Of a stretch of DNA of 30,949 nucleotides, positions 26,301 to 30,949 are shown in pieces. Both the position numbers and the translations under genes were made by a program. Each line of letters opens with the position of its first letter. Positions within the stretch are counted from its first letter, which is position 1. This DNA is from Planctomycetota bacterium. Its GTDB lineage: Bacteria > Planctomycetota > MHYJ01 > WSZJ01 > JACPWG01. Below the pieces are notes generated by a model. It was given only the letters and a program-made list of their open reading frames with translations. It made no database searches and had not been told where the DNA came from. The stretch is from NCBI GenBank assembly GCA_016220045.1, contig JACRIP010000076.1:1-30949 (forward strand), in the 5' to 3' direction.

Positions 26301-28619
26301 CTCGGGCGAATCCCAGACCAAGCGCGCGAGGTACTCGACGAGGGCAACCTTCCGTTCGCGGGTCAAGGTCAGCCGGTAGTCCGTGTGGTTGAACCACTCC
26401 TCGCAGTAGGTCTCGTACAGGTCGGCGACGGTCACCGTCTTGCCGCCGTGCGTCGCCGAGAGCCTCGGCAAGGTCCGAACGATGAGTTCCAGGAGGAAGG
26501 GCCGGGTGGCCAAGTCTTCAAGGTTGTACGTCCGGCGGATCTGCTCCCGAAATTCCTTCCAGTTCGCCGGGGGAGGCAGAGCCTTGGCAAGGTACTCGTC
26601 CACTTGCTCGGACGCAAACTCAAGGATGTACCCGATCTCGGACCCGGGCCGCTCGCGAATTTCCTGGTAGAGCGCGGTGGCGCCCTCGGTGGAAACGACG
26701 TCCGGCACCTTCCCGAGGCGTCGAAGCTCGTCCGGCCGATCCTTGAAGTAGTGTGTTCGGCACGTCAGGAGCACCTTCGCGCGCCCCTCGGCGGCGAGTA
26801 CGATCTGACGCAAAATCTCCAGATAGCGGCCGGCGTCGGCATAGCCGATGATCTCGTCGAAGCCGTCGAAGAGGAGGACCAACCGACCCTCGCGATTCAG
26901 GTGGAGGAGCGCCTGCGGGTTGAAGGGACGTGTGGTGAGGGTCTGGAAGTGATTGGCGAGGATGTTCTCCAAGGTCACGGCGCTGGAGCGCGCCTCGCGC
27001 AAGTCGATCAGGATGGGAACGCGGGCTGCACGACGCGAGGCGCGCGCGGCGAGGGCCAGCTCGCAGGAGAGGCGGCGACAGAAGGAGGTTTTCCCTGCAC
27101 CGAAGTCGCCGAGCAAGGTGAGGAGGGATTCCCCAGGCCGGTCCAGCCAGGCACGCACGACCTCGCCCAAGGGGCGCGCCGCGATTTCCGCTCCAGGTCG
27201 GATTTCGCTTTGCAGCAGGGCGCTCTGCCCGACGTACAAGCGCTCTAGCGCGCTCCCCTGATAGTCGCGGACGGCCTTGTCGAGGACTGGGGTCAGGTCC
27301 ACAAGGGAGAAGAGGAGGTCTTCCCAGGTGAGCAGGCGGACGAAGTGCTGTTGGGCAACCGCGAGGGCGTTGTTGGCGAAGTGGGAGCGGGCGACCAGGA
27401 TGGCCCGGTAGTCCAGGTTGTCGGCCTTGCGGGCGTGCTCGACCTTTTGGGCGAACTCCAGGACCATCTTGTGCGAGACGGGGTCGTCCGTGTCCTTGCA
27501 TTCCACCAGGGCGTATGTGGGGAGGGCATTCCCCTCCTGCGCAAGACGGACGTCGAACTGGAGATCGTCCCGCTTGTAGTCCACGCCGGCCTGAAAGCCC
27601 TGGAGGCGGAAGAGTTCGGCGACCCGCTCCTCGAATGACTTGGCCCGCTCGAGGATCTCTCGCCGATGCTGGGAGTCGAGGGGGTCCTTCTCCCCGCGCC
27701 CACCTGGCCGCACCCGCGCGGCACGCTCGCTGCCCGCGCGCTCGCCTGCATCCGTCCATTCCGCGTATCGCCCCTCAATCTCCTCGACCAGCGGGGCGTA
27801 GTCCGTCGCGAACGGAACAAGGTTGCCCAGGTGAGGCAAGGTGGGGATCTCGTCCGTGAGGAGGAGTTCGGGGCGGAGCGGCAAGATCAGGTGCGGCGTG
27901 AGGCCGTCGTTCTCGAGCTGACGAAGCTTGGCGAATCGCAGGTCCCCGGGTTCCTGGGGTACCATGTTGGCGACCAGGAATGCGGGGATGTTGCGAGTGC
28001 GTCGACCGCGCGCGGCGGTCACTGCGGCGTGTACCCTAGCGAGCCCGTGGAGGTTCTGTTCGTTCAGGTTGAAGACGAGGATGGTCAGATCCGGGAGTTG
28101 GATGGCCGAGACCGCTCCCAGATCGGTGAAACCAGTGCGGGCATCGATCAGAAGGTACTCGAACCCGAGGTCCTGGGTGAGGAGAGTGGCGAGCTTGTGG
28201 AAGAGAGCAGGCCCGGGACCACTCTTTGGGGCGAAGAGCGCGGACCAGTCTACCTCCGAGAAGCGGCGACCGTAAGTGCTCTGGTTCTCCTCGTGGGAGC
28301 TGGAGAAGAGGAAACCCAGGCGCCCCTTGGCGGCGGTGAGGTGCCCAGGAAGGTCCAGGGGGACGATCGCCTGTTCAATTCTCTCCTTGGTCGGAAATGA
28401 GAAGCGGCTCTTCTGGAACTCCAAAAGGAGGTCGAGCGTTCCGACGGTGGATTGCTTCTCGATCGCGGCGAGGGCTGGGAGTTTCTGTAGCCCCGGCGCC
28501 TCGAGATCGAGATCCCAGACCAAAACGGAGCGGCCGCGCGCGGCGAGTTGCGCCGCGCTCTCGACCAGCAGGAAGGTGCGGCCCACGCCGCCCTTGAAGG
28601 AGTAGAACGTGACGATCAT
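23340..28619 (-). CDS. NLR-like protein: KGGVGR ParA/MinD-like ATPase + Mrr-like nuclease + NACHT + pentapeptide repeats + 14 WD40
   Basis: TFYSFKGGVGRT and WDLDLEAPGL (aa 1-45). FEERVAELF..FDVR..VECK (aa ~326-435). Walker A GDFGAGKT (27087-27110), Walker B LLFDGFDE and LTCRTHYF. A(D/N)Lxx pentads at aa 938-1050. 14 GH..WD repeats at aa 1076-1663. Confidence 0.93.
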   Translation of the reverse strand: MIVTFYSFKGGVGRTFLLVESAAQLAARGRSVLVWDLDLEAPGLQKLPALAAIEKQSTVGTLDLLLEFQKSRFSFPTKERIEQAIVPLDLPGHLTAAKGRLGFLFSSSHEENQSTYGRRFSEVDWSALFAPKSGPGPALFHKLATLLTQDLGFEYLLIDARTGFTDLGAVSAIQLPDLTILVFNLNEQNLHGLARVHAAVTAARGRRTRNIPAFLVANMVPQEPGDLRFAKLRQLENDGLTPHLILPLRPELLLTDEIPTLPHLGNLVPFATDYAPLVEEIEGRYAEWTDAGERAGSERAARVRPGGRGEKDPLDSQHRREILERAKSFEERVAELFRLQGFQAGVDYKRDDLQFDVRLAQEGNALPTYALVECKDTDDPVSHKMVLEFAQKVEHARKADNLDYRAILVARSHFANNALAVAQQHFVRLLTWEDLLFSLVDLTPVLDKAVRDYQGSALERLYVGQSALLQSEIRPGAEIAARPLGEVVRAWLDRPGESLLTLLGDFGAGKTSFCRRLSCELALAARASRRAARVPILIDLREARSSAVTLENILANHFQTLTTRPFNPQALLHLNREGRLVLLFDGFDEIIGYADAGRYLEILRQIVLAAEGRAKVLLTCRTHYFKDRPDELRRLGKVPDVVSTEGATALYQEIRERPGSEIGYILEFASEQVDEYLAKALPPPANWKEFREQIRRTYNLEDLATRPFLLELIVRTLPRLSATHGGKTVTVADLYETYCEEWFNHTDYRLTLTRERKVALVEYLARLVWDSPETRVHYETLYEKANEFFKDKPLTAYDKDKVDSEVRTALFLNRNPEGYYSFIHRSFLEFFIARTLRAGIARADASCLDLRRVTREVAFFLESWPEAAKIPAFTASILGAESPPRVAANALLLLHHHARARLGPLVPGPDPGEHPDRIAAMSEAFGGVRPAAIRAVDADLSGEDLRGIDLSGASLARVNLSHADLRGAQLGGADLSAAKLDFADLRSARMIAARLLGASLDHTDLRRADLCQADLSGVSAAFARFAHADLTGATLKLASCTGAGFLGARMGDGPPPVDRTTGGSVARELQFSLAVGHTGPVHAIAWTPDGRVMASAGADHSIRLWDADTGRLLRVLEGHRGPVWCVAWDPKGEQLASASDDFTVCLWDAAAGRVLRTLAGHQDQVWAIAWDPKGDRLASASSDCMVRLWDTGSGSLLRVLEGHTAPIHRVAWEPKGERLASAADDRTVRLWDAASGSLLRVLDGHQGNVSDVAWDPKGERLASVANCATIHLWDATSGRLLRAFAGRGNPVLSVAWNPKGERLASDAHFRTIHVWDANDGLLLKTLEGPEGSVHSVSWDPKRERIAVGGHDGTVRLWDPASGSLVRALEGYEAFGRAVAWDATGERLASIANRRMLGAIISTIDVTDTASGHVLRSHVDRDVPLGGVRSVVWDPKGNRLAFGAGGGKMQIWDLDSGKHLLSLKEHRGPVVLSVAWDPTGKRLASSAEDSTVRLWDVSSCRLLRTLEGHEGPVRSVAWDPKRDRLASAGNDHTVRLWNPTSGRLLRVLKGHGGPVSSLAWDPKGEHLASGSDDCSVRLWDTASGLLLRALEGDGSVVNSVAWDPKGTRLGSGADDHTVRLWDAASGRVACTPLDHGGPVESIAWHPAGDLLACEAEDGTTTIWDVSLATPRWLVRLARGNQLIPREVAWTPDGYVDTFDLDASVQFSDGWAVYDLDDLPKRLSPDRVRAALARGRSSTAQPTSAPAAARPPREGRPRPTP

Positions 28620-29509
28620 GGCGATCCCCGCGAACCTAGCGTGGGACTCGGACTAAAGGCCCAGACCGGGTGCCGATCCTGGTTGTCGATCGAGATCAAG
28701 TTGAAGTGGGGATCCTCTTCCCGGACCTGTGCGTTGAGGCTGGCGCCGGCGAAGGGGGCGGCGGGGGGCCGGAGGGCGGCGGCGGCCCGGGCAAGCGCGG
28801 CCGCCGCGGGGGAAGGGGCGCCGGCCGCGATCAGCTCGGTCTCCAGAACCGCGGCATTGGCGGCCTCGAATGGAGAGTCGGCAATCCGCTCGAGCACCGC
28901 GACCAGGAATTTGACCCACGGCGGAAGAAGCCGGTCCCGGACGAACTCTCTGCCGATCGCGCCGACCCCGACGAGCACGGTCTTGCTTCCTTCGGGTCGA
29001 TGCCGGACGAGCAAGTCGGCCTCCTCGAGGTCGCGCAGCAAGTGCGAAAGTTGCGACTCCGAGATGCTCAGTTTTTGTTTGATCTGTGCGCGGGGCACAG
29101 CTCCGCTGCCTGCCGCTAGGATCTCGAGTAGCCGGCGTCCGTGTTTGGGATAGCTTGCGAGGATCGAGTCCACGGCGGCCGGGTCGCTGCGACGAGCGGC
29201 CTCGGAGAGGAGGTCTGCCAGGGCGTTCCATGACCCCACGATCTGGGGGTGCGCGGCGCGCAATGGGTCGGCCGAAGGGGCGGCGAGACTGCGGTGAAGT
29301 GTGAGTGCCTCGTCCGCGACCTCGGAGCGCGCGCCCCGCCGGAGAAGGTGGAGTGTGCGATGGATCAGGAGCCCAGTGAGCCGCCCGAGTCGGCGCTCCG
29401 GCGTGGACGCGGAGGCCCGGTCCAGGAGGGGTGCGATCCGCTCCATCGGGGCGTCAAGCAGGGATGTGAGGTCGTCCGGAATCGGATCGTCGGGCATCGA
29501 ATCAATCAT
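28616..29509 (-). CDS. Winged-helix (MarR/ArsR-like) domain protein coupled to the NLR-like gene
   Basis: Central GRRLLEILAAG..VPRAQIKQKLSISESQLSHLLRDLEEADLLVRHRPEGSKTVLVGV wHTH pattern. Its TGA overlaps the next ATG (ATGA, 28616-28619). Start is 29509 or 29497. Confidence 0.75.
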   Translation of the reverse strand: MIDSMPDDPIPDDLTSLLDAPMERIAPLLDRASASTPERRLGRLTGLLIHRTLHLLRRGARSEVADEALTLHRSLAAPSADPLRAAHPQIVGSWNALADLLSEAARRSDPAAVDSILASYPKHGRRLLEILAAGSGAVPRAQIKQKLSISESQLSHLLRDLEEADLLVRHRPEGSKTVLVGVGAIGREFVRDRLLPPWVKFLVAVLERIADSPFEAANAAVLETELIAAGAPSPAAAALARAAAALRPPAAPFAGASLNAQVREEDPHFNLISIDNQDRHPVWAFSPSPTLGSRGSP

Positions 29510-29537
29510 CCATCAAGCATGTGCATGACACCTGACA

Positions 29538-29567
29538 ATTATACTTGGCGGATGCTTGATTTGTCAA
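29538..29567 (-). promoter_or_regulatory. Consensus sigma70 promoter with overlapping inverted repeats
   Basis: Minus strand TTGACA-18 bp-TATAAT. Inverted repeats ATCAAGCAT (29512-29520) / ATGCTTGAT (29552-29560) and TGACAA (29533-29538) / TTGTCA (29561-29566). Confidence 0.85.
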
Positions 29568-29640
29568 TGTCGATTTCTCAACTGTAACGTTCACATGGAG
29601 TTGCGGCAGCGCAGTTTGGACCGAAACGAATCGAGAAGGC

Positions 29641-30949
29641 TCATGGGCTCACCAGAAGGAGTTCTAGATCGAATTCCAAGAACGAGGGATGCCCCCTCGC
29701 GGGATCGTGCACGCGGGGTTGCTTCGGAGCGGCTGCAACCAGGTAGAAACTGGCGCGTTCGTTGAACGGTTGGGAAGGGTCGGCGGCCAGGAGGGTCCGA
29801 TTGGACACGAAGCTGCTCGCGAGGAGCCTCTGCCGTACGTTTCGGGCGGCAGTGTCGTGAGCCGAGATCTTCGGGCTCAGCGAGGGTACCGCGAAGAGGT
29901 TTCCATGCGCTTCGCAGAGCAGGTCCTGGAGAGGTCCATTGATGAAATCGGCGCAGATGAGCGGTACGAGGTTGCCGACAGACGACTCGAGGATCGCAAT
30001 CTCGGACCCGGTCTCGAGGTTCTCGCCTACCGGGTGGTCGGGATCCTTGCGGTTGTCGTAGGGAACGAGCTTCCGGTGCCGGTGCAGTTCTACGCCCGTA
30101 GGCCCGAGCAGGACGCACTCATTCCACACCTGCCCCTGCGTCCCGCTCGCCAAGTGGGTACACCCAAACAACGTCAGCATCGGATGGCCGCCGGGATCGT
30201 GCGACTGGAGTCGTTGCTTCAGTGTCGTCTCGATCGTCGGCGGAATGGTCAACTCCGGGAAGATCAGTAGCGTCGTCTTCCGTCGGACGCCCTCCTCGAC
30301 CGCCATCAAGACTTCCTTCAGGAGGTCGGCCTCATTCGCTATTGAATCCAGCGTCAGAAAACTCGGCCGTGGTGTGGCTTTGAGGAGCTTCAAACTGGTG
30401 TACTCGAGGTGGGTCTTGAACGGCCAGAGCATGACCCGCAGCCCTTTGCGCTCGTTGTGCAGGCGCTGGTGGAGGAAGGAGCCCCCCCAGTCGGACCGGG
30501 CACGCCGGGAAAGATGCGCACCGGCATGCTCGATCAGCGGGACCGCGACATGGTGCCGCGCGTAAGCGCGGAGTGACCTCCCTTCGTGGCGCTCCCAACT
30601 CGGCTCCCGAAAAGCAGCGTCCTCCAAAACCTCAGCGAGGTAGGCATTGGATGGGCCGAGCCGATAGGTCCTGCCATCCAGCCCTTGGTAGTGGGTCTCA
30701 CCAGCCAGATCCGGAGGTGCGTTCTTCAGCCGCCGATCCACTTCGATGAGCGATCCGAGCACAAGCCGCGCGAACCCCACGATATTCTTCGCGGCGACCA
30801 GATTGGCCCTCCACTCGGCTACGAGTCTTTCCCATGCGACATCATGTCTGGAGGGCGTCTGTCCGCGCAAAGAGTACTGGTGAATTCCGTCCCGCCGCAG
30901 GGCATCCTCCGCGGAGCCCAGGTCCACACCGGGACTCTTGAAGTAGCTC
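29641..30949 (-). CDS. Carbon-nitrogen hydrolase (nitrilase-fold) protein with unknown N-terminal region; probably 5'-truncated by the window edge
   Basis: Triad motifs LLIFPEL (Glu), HRKLVPY (Lys) and LICADF (Cys), plus WNECVLLGPTG. The frame stays open upstream of the GTG at 30927 to the window end. Confidence 0.82.
   Translation of the reverse strand, partial: SYFKSPGVDLGSAEDALRRDGIHQYSLRGQTPSRHDVAWERLVAEWRANLVAAKNIVGFARLVLGSLIEVDRRLKNAPPDLAGETHYQGLDGRTYRLGPSNAYLAEVLEDAAFREPSWERHEGRSLRAYARHHVAVPLIEHAGAHLSRRARSDWGGSFLHQRLHNERKGLRVMLWPFKTHLEYTSLKLLKATPRPSFLTLDSIANEADLLKEVLMAVEEGVRRKTTLLIFPELTIPPTIETTLKQRLQSHDPGGHPMLTLFGCTHLASGTQGQVWNECVLLGPTGVELHRHRKLVPYDNRKDPDHPVGENLETGSEIAILESSVGNLVPLICADFINGPLQDLLCEAHGNLFAVPSLSPKISAHDTAARNVRQRLLASSFVSNRTLLAADPSQPFNERASFYLVAAAPKQPRVHDPARGHPSFLEFDLELLLVSP

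Noticed and set aside
23340-28619. Assignment to a named Avs type
   Set aside because: The Avs proteins I know use TPR-type sensors and lack an N-terminal ParA-like domain; I cannot match this architecture to a named type without an HMM search.
29641-30949. Calling the nitrilase gene DRT type 1
   Set aside because: No reverse-transcriptase motifs are in the visible part; undecidable until the upstream sequence is seen.

Overview
High-GC bacterial window; the DUF4190/DUF2950-like and carboxypeptidase-regulatory-repeat proteins weakly suggest a Planctomycetota-like host (inference only). Positions 1-23200 are mostly housekeeping: a minus-strand run (beta-CASP metallo-hydrolase, YihY/BrkB, cutA, small membrane protein, HAMP histidine kinase), an M32 carboxypeptidase, a rimK / M14-like deacylase / DUF4190 / glgC run, a decayed toxin-antitoxin pair, a glycogen cluster (GH57, GalT-like, glgA, GH57), a DUF900-type lipoprotein hydrolase and a CarboxypepD_reg-repeat protein. 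The intergenic DNA is repeat-rich: a 152-bp MITE with 12-bp inverted ends and an 8-bp target duplication on the kinase start codon, two 108-bp REP-doublet-like copies, other GTAG/GTGG REP-like palindromes, two hexamer-armed palindromes sharing a 15-nt core, octamer arrays and a modular 9-mer array. Positions 23340-30949 look lower in GC and hold the best candidate for a new system: a nitrilase-fold protein with an intact E-K-C triad, then a consensus promoter, a winged-helix protein, and a translationally coupled 1759-aa NLR-like protein (KGGVGR ParA-like ATPase, Mrr-like nuclease, NACHT, pentapeptide repeats, 14 WD40). No rRNA, tRNA, CRISPR array or transposase was seen. All family calls come from motif recognition by eye; no searches were run.
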